Positions 12,785 through 24,655 of a DNA stretch of 64,000 bases are shown here, piece by piece; within the stretch, counting starts at the first letter, position 1; each line of letters opens with the position of its first letter. A program made the translations under genes and the position numbers. The DNA lies in NCBI GenBank assembly GCA_001179505.1, contig CDMY01000224.1:1-64000 (forward strand). The letters run 5' to 3'. This stretch comes from Vitrella brassicaformis CCMP3155. Taxonomy: Eukaryota > Protista > Chromerida. Under the pieces are notes generated by a model. The model ran no database searches. It was not told the origin of the DNA and saw only the letters and a list, made by a program, of their open reading frames with translations.

Positions 12785-14366
12785 ATGGCACCTAAGAAGA
12801 AGGCTGCGGCCAAGGGGGGCGATGAGCCTGACCCGCTTGAGGTAACGACGGACAGAGAAGAAAAGGAAGCGAAGACTGTGACACGTCCTTGCGTGGATGT
12901 TTGCAATGCGCTCACGCATGGCCTGCAGGTGTTCCTGAAGGCCTACAGGAAGAATGTCAAGGAGTATGAGACACCAAAGATACCCGAGGTCGAGCGAATC
13001 CTCGCAAAGGTCAGCCGAGGAGCCGCAAAGGGCAGACACACACACGCACCAGTGGTTGTTTTGACGCATGTGGCGTGTGTGCAGATTCAGGAGGATGGTG
13101 AGCCCGTCGCTGGGTGGAACTTCCGCGAGGAGATCGACCCCATGGCGTTCAGAGTCCTCATGCACACACTCCACCAGACCAACTACCCCGTGCGCAGGAC
13201 ACACAGACAGACAGACACACACACACACAGACACACAGAGAGGCAGACAGGACACAGAGAGGCAGACAGGCAGACATACAAACATAAACGCCTTTCTGCA
13301 CTGCACACATGCATCGTACACGCAGGGCATCCGTGCGTTGCGCCTTTGGCGGTGTCGCGGTGGTGACGAGTTTGTGCGGAGCATCTGCTACTACCTCGAC
13401 GCCATCCCATCGCCTAACGTGGAGGAGCTGCAGTTCGTCGACACTAACATGACGCCACTCGGGTGCGACTTCGTCGGCCGCACACTCTGCCGGACGGGCA
13501 ACGCAAAGATCACCTTCTTGCGGCTGGACTTCAACAAGATCGGCAGCGAGGGCGCTGAGGCGCTCGCAAAGGGGCTGGCCGAGAATGCCAGCATCAAACA
13601 TTTGTCTCTGCAGGTGAGGGAGGACTGTGTGTCCCCCTCCTGCGTAGTCTTTCTCTGTGTGGTGTGGTGTGTGTTTAGTATTGCGGGATAACGTCGAATG
13701 GAGGTGTGGCGCTGTCGCAGATGCTGATGTATGTCCGGTCTGCCTTGACGGAGGTGCTGCTGAGGGGCAACGAGCTCGGCAGGGAAGGCGCCATTGATGT
13801 AAGGACGTCACGTCAGCAGACTGCATAAGATAAATGAGACATGGGCAGACGGAGAAACGGTCTCTCCTTCATTGTGCAGGTGCTGCGTGGCGCTCGTCGT
13901 GCGCAGCGTCTCAAGTGTTTGGATCTGTCGGACAACAAGTTCGGCGACAGCGATGACGTCCTCGACAACCTGCTCTACCTCTTTGTCAACCACACGGTGT
14001 GTCGATCCATCCTTCTCTTGGATATATGGTGATTGATTGTGTGTTTGTGTGCGATCGAGCTGCCCAGGGCATAGAGGAGTATCGACTGCTGGGCAACTCG
14101 ATCACAGATGCGGGTGCCGAGCGGCTGCTGCAGGGCATTGTCGGCAACACGCACCTCAAAACAATCATGCTGCCAGAACGGTGTGTCTGCCTGCCTGCAT
14201 ACAGCCTGTCAATCAAAGTCTCTCTCTGCGTGTGTATCATCCCCCCATGTGTGATGTGTGTGGTTCAAGCAGGATATCGAAGCAGACGTTGGAGGCGATC
14301 TCTCAGTCGCTGGGTGGGGGCGGCAAGGGCGGCAAGAAGAAAAAGGGCGGCAGAAAGAAGAAATGA
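12785..14366 (+). CDS. RNI-like leucine-rich repeat protein with basic N- and C-termini (possibly flagellar)
   Basis: LRRs LRLDFNKIGSEGAEALAKGL, LLRGNELGREGAID, LDLSDNKFGD and LLGNSITDAGAERLLQG. MAPKKKAAAK start and GGKKKKGGRKKK end. Consistent GT-AG splicing. Confidence 0.85.
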
Positions 14367-14800
14367 TGGGCTGGGATGGGCTGCGTGAGTGGACGGAGTG
14401 TGTATAAAGTACATGTGTGTACAGACACACACACACAGACCTTGGATGGATGGACGGATGGATGGGCGTACATGCATACATACATACATAAAAAGTGCTG
14501 AGACGCCATCCGATAATAAAACATTCAGGCTGGCGATTGCTTTGCGACATGTCCGTCCCATACACACACAAACACACACACACCCCACACACACAGAAAG
14601 AGAGAGAGAGAGAGAGAGGGAGAGATCGGGGGGAGATGGGGAGACCTACATCCACAGTTGGATTGGGAAACAGCCTCCCTGTGCAGGTGAGGGCCGCTTC
14701 CCCGGTCATTCGTCTGCCTGTCCGTCTGTCTGTCTGTCTGTCTTTCTGCACACGCACTAGGTCATTGATTGTCCACCTGTTGGTCCGCAGTCCCTCAGTG

Positions 14801-16667
14801 TCACTCACTGTCCCCAACCACCCTTCCCTCCCCCTCTCTCTACACACTCCCTCTACACACGCCTATCGGACTCTCCTCCCCCCTCAAATGGGTTTCTGTG
14901 TGTCTTGTCATCCTTGCTGGCGGCCTTCTCTGCTGCTCTCAGTCGGCCGTACATGACGATGCCGACGCTGCAAAGGACGAGGCCCATCCAGCTCATGAAC
15001 TGGACGCGCTCGTGGTACGCTAGCACACCAACCTTTTAGTATGCGACACAGAGAGAGAGGAATGTCAGTGTTTTCTGGTGTCCCTGCCTGCATGTCTTTG
15101 TGTTATCTTCCTTACCAGTATGGTCAGGAAGAATTTGGTCTGAGCGGCGAGGGCCAGGGTGAGCCCTGATGTCACGCTCACCTAAGGCACCGAGACAGAC
15201 GCAATGCAACGCACAGGGCAGGACATTCCGGGAGAGAAGCTTCTGAGGTCGGTCTGTCTGTCTGTCTGTCTGTCTGTCAGGCTCGGTCCGGCCACCAACC
15301 AGGTGGAAGTTCGCATAAGTGACGAGGAAGGCCATCACCGTCGAGAGGCCCACCAGCAGCAGTATCAACGTCGCACCCCACCGGTCAGACGCAAACCTGA
15401 GTGAGTGAACAATCGAGCGACGAAATAGCGTATGTGTATGCGGGAAACAAACGGACGTACCCGTGGCAGTATTGTTGCAGCTTTGTTGCCTCTAGGGTCA
15501 GGGCGACGGGCACCATACAGGCGGTCGCGATGGGCTGGGTCATCGCCAACAGCTGCACCGAGCTGTAGTGCCTGCAGCAAGATATATCATTATGTTGTGT
15601 GGGTGGTGCCGTTCTGCATGAGATGGCAGGTATACGTGTCAGTCTTACTTGCATGAGCATTGTACGACGCACCACCTCACTGCACTGCTGATGACTACCA
15701 GACCGTTCAACAAGATACCCAGCCACGACTGAATCTCCAACCCCTGTCAGGCAGGCAAACAAACACACACGCAATGCATTCCCCCCGCGCCCATGTGTGT
15801 GTGTGAGCTCACCTCGATGGCGAGCCATATGGATGCCGACACCATGAAGACGATGCCCATCAGACGCCACGACAAGTGCTCAATGCCCAACGAGATACCT
15901 ATCATGGGTGCCAGGGGGGCAAGGAAGGAATAGAGCACTCTGAGTGAGATTCGTTGCTTGCGTCGGTCGGTCTCACCGCAGAGGTAGGTTGCGAGCGGTA
16001 TTGTGGCCTTGATGGTCGTCATCAGGGCGATACTCGAGTACACGTACGCCGCATTGCTGCTTATCACCGCAACTGCACACGCACACAGACACACACACAC
16101 AAACACGACCATGCGATGTTTTCCAACCATGCCCCACTCGCCCCTCCCCCCCCTTTCGCTCATAGTACCAGCACTGCACGCGGCAATAACGGGCAGCATG
16201 ACTCCATCCCTCCGCCAGTCCAGCGGCCTCCACTTGGCGGCAAGACAGCCGCCATACCGCAGCAGCAGGGGCAGCGCCACAGACTGCGCCAAGAAGTGGA
16301 GGCTGGTCACGAGCAGAGGGAAGTTGAACCCGCGGATGTCGAACATCTCCTTGTTGAGGGCTGTCAGCCCGATCCCCGTCACGTACCACAGCAGCAACGC
16401 ATAAACTATCTCCAACACCTTCCGCACCTCGGGCCCGTGCCGCTGGCCGCTCCACGCCCACGGCAGCTGCACCCCGCCGTCTGCTTTGCCGTGATGACGG
16501 TCAGGGAAGAGCGGAGTCGCCTCGTCGGACGCCTCGCTTGATCGTGTGGTGGTGGTGGTGGATGCATCGCTGAACGGCGACTTGTTGGGTGGGATGGATG
16601 CGGCCTCGTCGCCGTCAGAGCACAGATCTGCCGAGAAGGGGTTGGTGTCCGGGCGATTCAGCCGCAT
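14801..16667 (-). CDS. Triose-phosphate/nucleotide-sugar transporter family (SLC35C2/TPT-like); 3' end approximate
   Basis: WYVTGIGLTALNKEMF..GFNFPLLVTSLHF, SSNAAYVYSSIALMTTIKATIP and ERVQFMSWMGLVLCSVGIVMY; multiple TM helices. Confidence 0.82.
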
Positions 16668-16763
16668 CGCAGACGGTGGAAGATGTTGGGGATGCGATCG
16701 GTCGGCAATTTACATCATGTGGCTTGGTGGGGGCGGCCCCCGTCTCATCGGTCTTGCTCCAAG

Positions 16764-19639
16764 ATGTCACGTGTGCGTTCGTCCTCTGCTTCCCCGACGG
16801 CCTCTCACGAGCTGGCCAAGGATGCAGCCAAGATGGAGGCGCGGCTCAGCCTCCTCAGGTGCACCAATGACACGAACGAAGATCACGCATCCTTGTGTGT
16901 GTGACGCTGTGTGGTGTGTCCCCAGGGAGATCATGGAACAGGAGAAGAAGAAGAAAGACATGTACGTACGTACGTGCGTAGCTAGAGGAATGGCTCCCAT
17001 GTGGCGCACATGCGGCCCTTTCTGTCTGTCATTTCTTCCTTAATTCGTCAGTTTGCGGGGTGGGAAGGACTCTCTCTGGCAGAGCGCCTCTGACAAGGTA
17101 GGTGATGCATGAGCCATCCATTCTCACACGTAGGGAGTCGTTCCCTCCTTTGTATGGCTCCCCTGTGTCCCCATCAGAAGCCCCTGACGAAGGGCTACAT
17201 CGAGACAGTCATGAAAAGCGGCCCCGACACACAGCAGCCCAAGCAGCAGAGACAGCCCACCGACCGAAGCTCATCGGCAGGCAAAACTCGCACCGACAGG
17301 TCTCTTCCACCTGGCCCCGTGTTCAATCCCCCTCCTGCTGCTGCTGCTGCCAAAAACGAGACGACTTTGCAGAAAGACTCATCGGCAGCATTGAGAGGGA
17401 GGTCTAGAGGGCGTGTGGTGAGCCCTTCGAGGGGAGGAGGAGGAGGGCTCGGCAATGTCAGAGCTCCACCAAAGCGGCCAACGGGTCTGGAGAGGGTGCT
17501 GCAGAATGGTAGTGCGAGGAGCAAGACAGGATTCCACAGGCATAGTCCGTCAGCAAGTGTGCACGTCTGGCCTGCAGGTACGAAAGGCTCCCCGCTTGAC
17601 AGTCTTCTCGAGTCCACAGTGGCCAATCCCCCCCGCCCCGCCCGCCCAACACGCAGTCGTGGCGGCCACAGACCACGCAATGCCACAGCGGCATCCAAAA
17701 GCGATGACAATATCAATATAAGTACGAGGGGGTCTGCACGGGCAAGATCCACCACTCAAGACAAAAGGGGGTGGGACGTGACTGGGGCGAGCGGAACGAC
17801 GTCAACAACGCCCATGCGGACCACCCAGAAATCGACTGCGTCCAGCCAGTCGGGCGCTACGGCCATGGACGCAGATTCGCGTGAGGTTGAGACATTCCTG
17901 TTGAAGTGTGGGCTATCTCGGTATCTGACGGCGTTTTTGGATAACGGTTTTGACTGCATGGAGGTGCTGGAGGAGATGACGGAGGAACACATGAAGGCCA
18001 TCGGCATCGCACTCGGACACAGAATCAAGGTAGGTAGGTATGTGCAGAGAATATGACCCCACGTGGGTCTCTTGCGCTTTTTCTGACCCTGTCTGTCAGC
18101 TGCGCAAGTATCTTCGCCAGGTGTCGAGAGCCCCTCCCGTCCCCTGCAGCCCACCACTCCCACCAAGAGCCCCCCCATCACCCCCCGAACACAAGCGCAA
18201 AGCGACAGAAGAGGCCGCCAATTGTCATGCTGCGGCTGATGTGGGTGGGCAGTGTGGCGGTGCTCTGCTCGAGGGAGCTGTTGACGAGGAGGCAAATGCA
18301 CGGGACTTTCAAAGGGCCGTCGAGGTGTGCACACAGGCTTGCCGAATGGCAACAGAATGGTGGGGAACGAGATTCTGGGTGCGTGTAGGAGTGGCGAAGC
18401 GGTAAAGCGGCACCGCCATCGGGTGAGCACTTGGGGTCTACAGACGCACCATTGTTGCCCGGGGCGACCAATGGCACCACCACCAGCCCCTCGGCATTTT
18501 GGGCTGCTACTGGCAACCAGCAGTGAGGAGTACAGTGCACACTCCAGCCACCCTGATTGATGTATTCATTTCTGTCTTCAACACACAGCTGGGTGACGAC
18601 TGCGGCCAACAGTGCAGCGTCAGCATCTGGTGGCAAGCGGCCCCTCACACCAGCTGCGGAGGAGACACCATCAATGAGTAAAGGACACACACGAAACATT
18701 CACTCGTACCTGCCCATTGTAATGGCATCATCAGGCTCTGCCTCAGAGTGCCGAGGGCCCACCGAGACGCCGACCAAAAGTAGCGCACAATCGCAAGAAA
18801 AGGTGTGGTGGATGGATGGATGGATGAGTGGATGGACACAAGACGGCGAGTCAACCTTTCCTTCCCCACCCTCTCCTCGTAGGTCTCTTGCTACACGTGT
18901 TTTAAGCAGTTCTATGTCGAACGGGGAGACATGGAGGAGGACGCCACAGGTCAAGCCACCAGATAGAAACATCGACACACATGGGTACATGCATGTCTCA
19001 TTCACCCATCTCTTCTCCTCCCTCCCAGACAAACATTTCTGTGCTCCCGATTGTGAGGCCCTTTACCACGAAGGGCAGCTCGTAAGCTGTGTGGACTGTC
19101 ACTGTGGAGGTGGAGGAGGGGCTGTTGGCTGTCTGTCGTGTGCCGCATGAATGTCATGTGTGCAGGCTGCACGGAAGCGGTCTCTGAGCATGGAGAGGAC
19201 AGCCCGGCAGCTCCAGCAGAGGCTGCAGGTCGGCGATACAGTCCATGCATTGCAATGAAACCTCTTCCCCACTCATCCACCCTTCTGTGAATGCCTGCAG
19301 GACCTTCAAATCGATGAGCAGCAGGACCTCCGGGGCGACTCCGAACTCTCGGCCTCCCTGATGTGGGACATATCGGCCTCTCTCCAGCATGCCGACAGCC
19401 TTACATACAGCCAAAGCGTGGTGCCCTTCAGCATGGCCATTCCCCATGGCAAAGCAGAAGCAGAGGAGGAGCCGGCGCACGTGTGTGAAGACGGTGAAGA
19501 GGGCGATGCGGGCAAGCATCATGATGAGCAGGAAGAGGTAAATGGGGAGTCCTCATGTGAGAGTGAAGGTGTAATGGAGGCTGCTGCGGGAGCGGCTGCT
19601 GCCGTGATTGCAGAGGCTATCGATAGAGGCGATGACTGA
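16764..19639 (+). CDS. SAM-domain protein with FCS/MYM-like zinc finger and long low-complexity regions
   Basis: SAM: VETFLLKCGLSRYLTAFLDNGFDCMEVLEEMTEEHMKAIGIALGHRIK. Spliced CYTCFKQFY...KHFCAPDC. Upstream exons from ATG 16764 join in frame to KPLTKGY. Confidence 0.75.
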
Positions 19640-19858
19640 CTTCCAATGTGGTGTGCATGTTCGGAGTTGACTTGTGAGGTCGTGGTGGTCCAGTTGCGTG
19701 CTGTGTTGCTCATAAGCCCATCTGCTCCCCTGATACTTGGAGAGATCTAGTGCGCCATGGACACCCCAACGGCTGCCGTCTTTTCCAACGGCCGAGTTCT
19801 GTCTCACTGTGCGGAAAGCTTTTGACAAACACCGTTCCGGCGTGAGCACCCGTAATCG

Positions 19859-22214
19859 ATGAGTGATTGCCGTGCCAGTGACCCCCCAGCCAGTATCCCC
19901 CCGACGTCCTCGGCAGCAGCTCCCCCTCGTCAGACTCACTCCCATCCTCATCCGCGTACACCGTCGACACAAACATCGACACCGACGCATCATCCAACAG
20001 CAGCAATAGAAGGCACAGCCGCAAGTCGAGGGCCGCCCTGCTGCCCCGGTTGCCCTCTCTGGGCTGGTTCGGGAGGTGGCGATATGGAGGGTTGGTGTGT
20101 GTTGGTGGGGGTGAGTTCTACCGGAGGCTGGAGACGCTGTATGGACGTGACTTTTTGAGGCTGTTATGGAGCATTCAGCTGTTCGTAAAAGGCACCATAT
20201 GGCAGTACTTGAAGCTGGTGCCACTGTCCTACTTTCGGTCGGTGAGGCTCTCTCTCTCTCTTCTTGCGCCGCCTGGAGAAAAGTCCCAACGGATGTGTGT
20301 GCTTGTGTGTTTGTGTTTGTGTTTGCGTGTGTGTGGTGCATGGGATGGATGGCATGCAGTGCGTTGGGGTTGGATGGTGTGTCTTACCAGACGAGCATGA
20401 CCATTGCCCTCACACCATGGGCCATGAAAGGTCATACATACAGATGGTCGGTCGACACGTGACAGCCTCGCTGCTCCTGTCGATTGATGTGTGGTATCTA
20501 TCTCCCAGGCTTGTTCGGAGTCGTGACGGACACTCAACCCATCGGCGGGTACCACGCCAAGTGGTACATGTTCATCGCTAATGTCGTCGGCGTCATCGGG
20601 CTGCTCGGACTTGCTACACTCCCACACAGCAGTCGGTGTCCACTCCGCACTGCTCACAAGGGCAAACAAAGCAGATAATGACCAGATTGCCCTCCTGTTC
20701 CTGATTTGATGGATGTTGGTGGCTGCAGTCGCGAGGCGTCAGGTGTGGTCGGTTGGCGGGTTTCTCTTCCTGGGCCAGCTGCAGCCGGCCATACAGGACA
20801 TGCTGTGTGACGGCAAGTACACCGAGATGATGGCCATGCGCCAGGGGGCGGGGTATGCGCACACACACACATATACACACACACACGCACACAGCTGACT
20901 GACAAGTAAGTGTGCTTTGTGTGTCAGAGGCGAGATCGTCACGTTTGTGTGGTTCCTGAGTGTGTGTGGGGACGTGATTGCGAGTGCGACTGTTGGGCCG
21001 ATATCAGACTACGTTGGTCAGTCAGGCGGGCAGGGACACCACACGGCACGGCAGTGCACATCCACCGCCAACCAACCAATGCCCTCTCTGTGTGTGCAGG
21101 TGCTGACCTTGTGTTTTGGATCTGTCTGCCCTTGTCGCTTCAGTCGGATCTACCCCATCCTGAAGGGATGGCTGCCGGAGGAGAGAATACCGCCCCCAAA
21201 TGGCAACAAACTGCAAGTGAGCCCCCGATGCATCCAGCGGGGGAGCGTGTCTGTCTGCCCCTGTTCGTCCGTCAGGTGGATAAGATCAAGGCTGAGTGGC
21301 CCACGTTTATGATGGGCATTGCGTCAGGCATCGCCGCACTCGGACTGGCCATCGTGGGTGAGTCACAGACGGAGGGGTCACTGGGGGGATGTGTTGTGTG
21401 TCGTTCTCTCTGCCTTCCGTCTTTTGAAGGTGCGACGTCGTCTCCCTTCTGCCAACTGGTCTACTCTGCGTGTGTGGCTGCATTTGTGGCCGCTTTGGCT
21501 TTTGCACTTCTCGCCAAGGAGCAGGCGACGTCGAATCTCTACTTCTTCATCAGTGGTAGGTAGGCACCTCACCTCACCCCCCAATCGACCAACACCGGCT
21601 CGCATAGCCAGCCATTGGTGTGTCCATCCATCCCTGCCCTACTCACGTCATCTGCTCATCAGTTTGCTTGTATGTCCAAATCCCCGGGGCGATCGACTTC
21701 TGGTACACGGCGGACCCCGCATGTGTGCCGAACGGGCCTAACTTCGGTTTCACCTACTACCAGACAGTCTCGCGGCTGGTCGGCAGCCTGGCAATGGGGC
21801 TGGGTTTGGTTATATTCCACACAGTGGTCACAAAGTGGCGGTTTCGGAAAGCCTTCTGGATGATGACGATTGTGCGGATTGTGGCGTCGTGTGTGGACCT
21901 GCTGATCATAGAGCGGGTCAATATCAAGATGGGGGTCCCTGACAAGGCGGCGTTCGTGCTGTAAGTGGGCATGAGAAAGAGAGAGGGAAGGACAGAGGGA
22001 GGAGACATAGTGGGGTCTGCCTGTGTGTGTGTGTGTGGTGTGGGGCTGTTGTGTTGCAGTGGTGATGCCATGATTCTCAACTTGGCGAGTATGCTGGACA
22101 TCATGCCCGGCATCCTCATGCTGTCGAGGCTGACATCGCCTTCAGTGTATGTGTGCAGCCACATACCCACAACACAACACCCATACCCGCACCAGAATCA
22201 TATGTGTGTGTGTG

Positions 22215-22250
<36 letters not shown>

Positions 22251-22598
22251 TGTCTCAGCGCCACCTCATCGTACGCGGTGCTTCAGAGCTTCATGAATTT
22301 CGGCCAGAACGCCTCCCTCGCCCTCGGTGTGTGGCTGATTGAGGTGCTGGGCATCAAGACCGGCAGCGACGGGTCGGGTGAATGCGATTTCCGCAACCTG
22401 ACCTATCTCGTGCTGGTGGCCCACATCATCCTGCCGGCCATGTGCATACCGCTAACCTTTCTGCTGATACCCGATATGCCCATCATGCCGCCTTCGAGCG
22501 GTGGTGGCGGTGATGGTGACGAGTCTGGCGGCTCGCCCCAGCCCCCCCAGCCCCCTGCAGCAGCTGTCGTGAGCGGCTCGATGGAGCCCATTATCTGA
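19859..22598 (+). CDS. BT1/FBT folate-biopterin transporter (MFS); start uncertain
   Basis: IALTPWAMKGLFGVVTDTQPIGGY, LQPAIQDMLCDGKYTEMM, FWYTADPACVPNGPNFGFTYY, DLLIIERVNIKMGVPDKAAF, ASSYAVLQSFMNFG and CDFRNLTYLVLV are typical of the BT1 family. Confidence 0.88.
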
Positions 22599-23494
22599 CC
22601 TGGGGCTTTTCGCCTTCTTGTGCGTTTTTAGCGAAATGCAGTCAGTCCTTGTTTGCTGATGTGAATATCCCCCCTTGTCAGTCAGTCGTGGACTGGATGG
22701 GTGTTGATAGGTGAGTAGGTGGTGGGTGGGCTGGGGTGAGGTGGGGTGAGGTGAGGTGAGTGCTCGAAGAGACAGACAGACGACTGGTGGTGTGGTGTGT
22801 GGAGGTACACACCTATTGGTCATCCGGAGAGACAGTGAGTGCAGTCAGTAGGCAAGGAGGGAGGGTGGGTGGGACGGTGGGTGCATGGCATGGCCTGTGT
22901 GGATGTGTATTATCACATAATAACTTAGGAGGGAGGGAGGGATGGGTCAGCAAATGTCCATCCATCCATCCACGCAGACAGCCGATCCAGACAGACAGAC
23001 ATCCAGACATCCAGACGGAGAGGGTGAGAGTCACGTCACTGCAAATGAACGTATCCGCCCATCCATCTCCATCCATCCATCCATACGAACACATACACAC
23101 AGGGGGATTGAGGGGGGGGAGAGGGAGGGAGCCGTCTCACATCGGTTTACAAAAGAAACTACAACCTGACCGGCCAAAACACGCCACGCCCGCACACCTC
23201 ACCTCACCTCACCTCACCTCACCCACACACCTGCCCTGCGTCGCCATTTAGTCAGTCATTACAAACACACATACATACGCTCACTCAACGGACCGACCAG
23301 CATTTCCGTCCGCTGAACACGCAATGAGTGTCGTGGATAGATAGGTGATTGACCCTCCGCCCCTGCCGGGCCCCCGACCCACACAAAGAGGCCCCAAAAA
23401 ATCGGCCACCAAACCATGACGACGACAAGATAACACACCCAAAACAGTCAGGCAGACATTGACGGACCGGTCAGTCACTCCATCAGCCAGCCAG

Positions 23495-24362
23495 CTAGTA
23501 CTGCTGCTCAGCGAGGTACTCGGCGAATGCTAGTGCGACCCTCCGACAGTTGCCCGACGTCTGCTCGAGGTTCTCGTCGAAGAGGGCGATGACGATGGTG
23601 CCGCCCGGTGTGGCCACCAGGTGGCCGCCGCCCTTCTCCTTGGCCAGCACCACACAGTTGAAGCTGTAGTCACCTGACTCAAAATTGAGGTCCTGATGGA
23701 TGGATGGATGGATGGATGGATGGGCGGATGGCGGATGACAACACAAGAAGGGAAGATAAGATGCACACAGAACACAACACATGACTTAAAGTCCATGTGT
23801 GTCGGTAGGGTAGGGAGCCTCACTCACTTGTCGGATGACTTTGTATTTGACGCCCCCGAACCAGACGCCGTGCGGACATCGACCCTCAGTGATCGCCTGC
23901 ACGACGCGCGGCATCGATCGCTGGCTGGCACACGAACGAACACTTTGTGTGTGCAAGCGACTGACTGACCTGTTTGATGTTGTGTGGCTCGTTGATGGTG
24001 ACGGTCTCGGTCGCATCGCCAGTCTGACAAACACACAGCACACCAAGGCACCACCATGCCGCCAAATCGCGTGCGTCGCTCCGTCCCGTTCTCACCTACC
24101 TCATTTGGGAACTCCTCATCGTGGTCTTCCTTGTACATGTACGCCCAGCCAGCACTCTCAGCCACAGGGGCAGCCGCATACACCGCACCGTTCTCCACCT
24201 GCACACAACACACGCAGGCACACACAAGCGACAAACGTGTCCGTCTGGCCGGTTCCCTCGTTCGTTTTGTATTACCGAAGCGAGTCCGCCGGCGAAGCAG
24301 TAGCCCGTATCGACGAGCCACTCCTGGCACATCTGGTCCCACCCGCTGTCCTCCTCGCCCAT
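23495..24362 (-). CDS. PFN: Profilin, apicomplexan type
   Basis: WDQMCQEWLVDTGYCFAGGLA, GVWFGGVKYKV, KGGGHLVATPGGTIVIALFDE and ALAFAEYL closely follow Toxoplasma profilin as I recall it (WLVDTGYCCAGGIA, GVWIGGQKYKV, ALAFAEYL). Confidence 0.95.
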
Positions 24363-24655
24363 GACGATGGAGATGACAGACAGACAACCGCTTCTTGGCG
24401 CCTCCGCAGACAACACGCGAGGGGCGCTCGCCTCAGATCTGTCACGAAGGAGCAGATACGCTTATACTTTCTCTTCTCCCGCCCAGAGAGAGCGGTTTTC
24501 CCGCCCAGAGATCTGCGAGCTAAGCTTGCAGAATTGAGGGCGGAGGGAAGGAAACGTACGAAGCGCCGCCGTGTGGGTATTTGACGGAGATCTCGTGAGA
24601 GGACTCATTGGTTCATGCCATTCCAGATTGGTGCATCCCTTCGCTAACGGGTGTG

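Noticed and set aside
11828-13384. Long overlapping ORFs on both strands (512 aa plus, 420 aa minus)
   Set aside because: They run through microsatellite introns and antisense GC-rich coding sequence; the spliced CC and LRR genes explain them.
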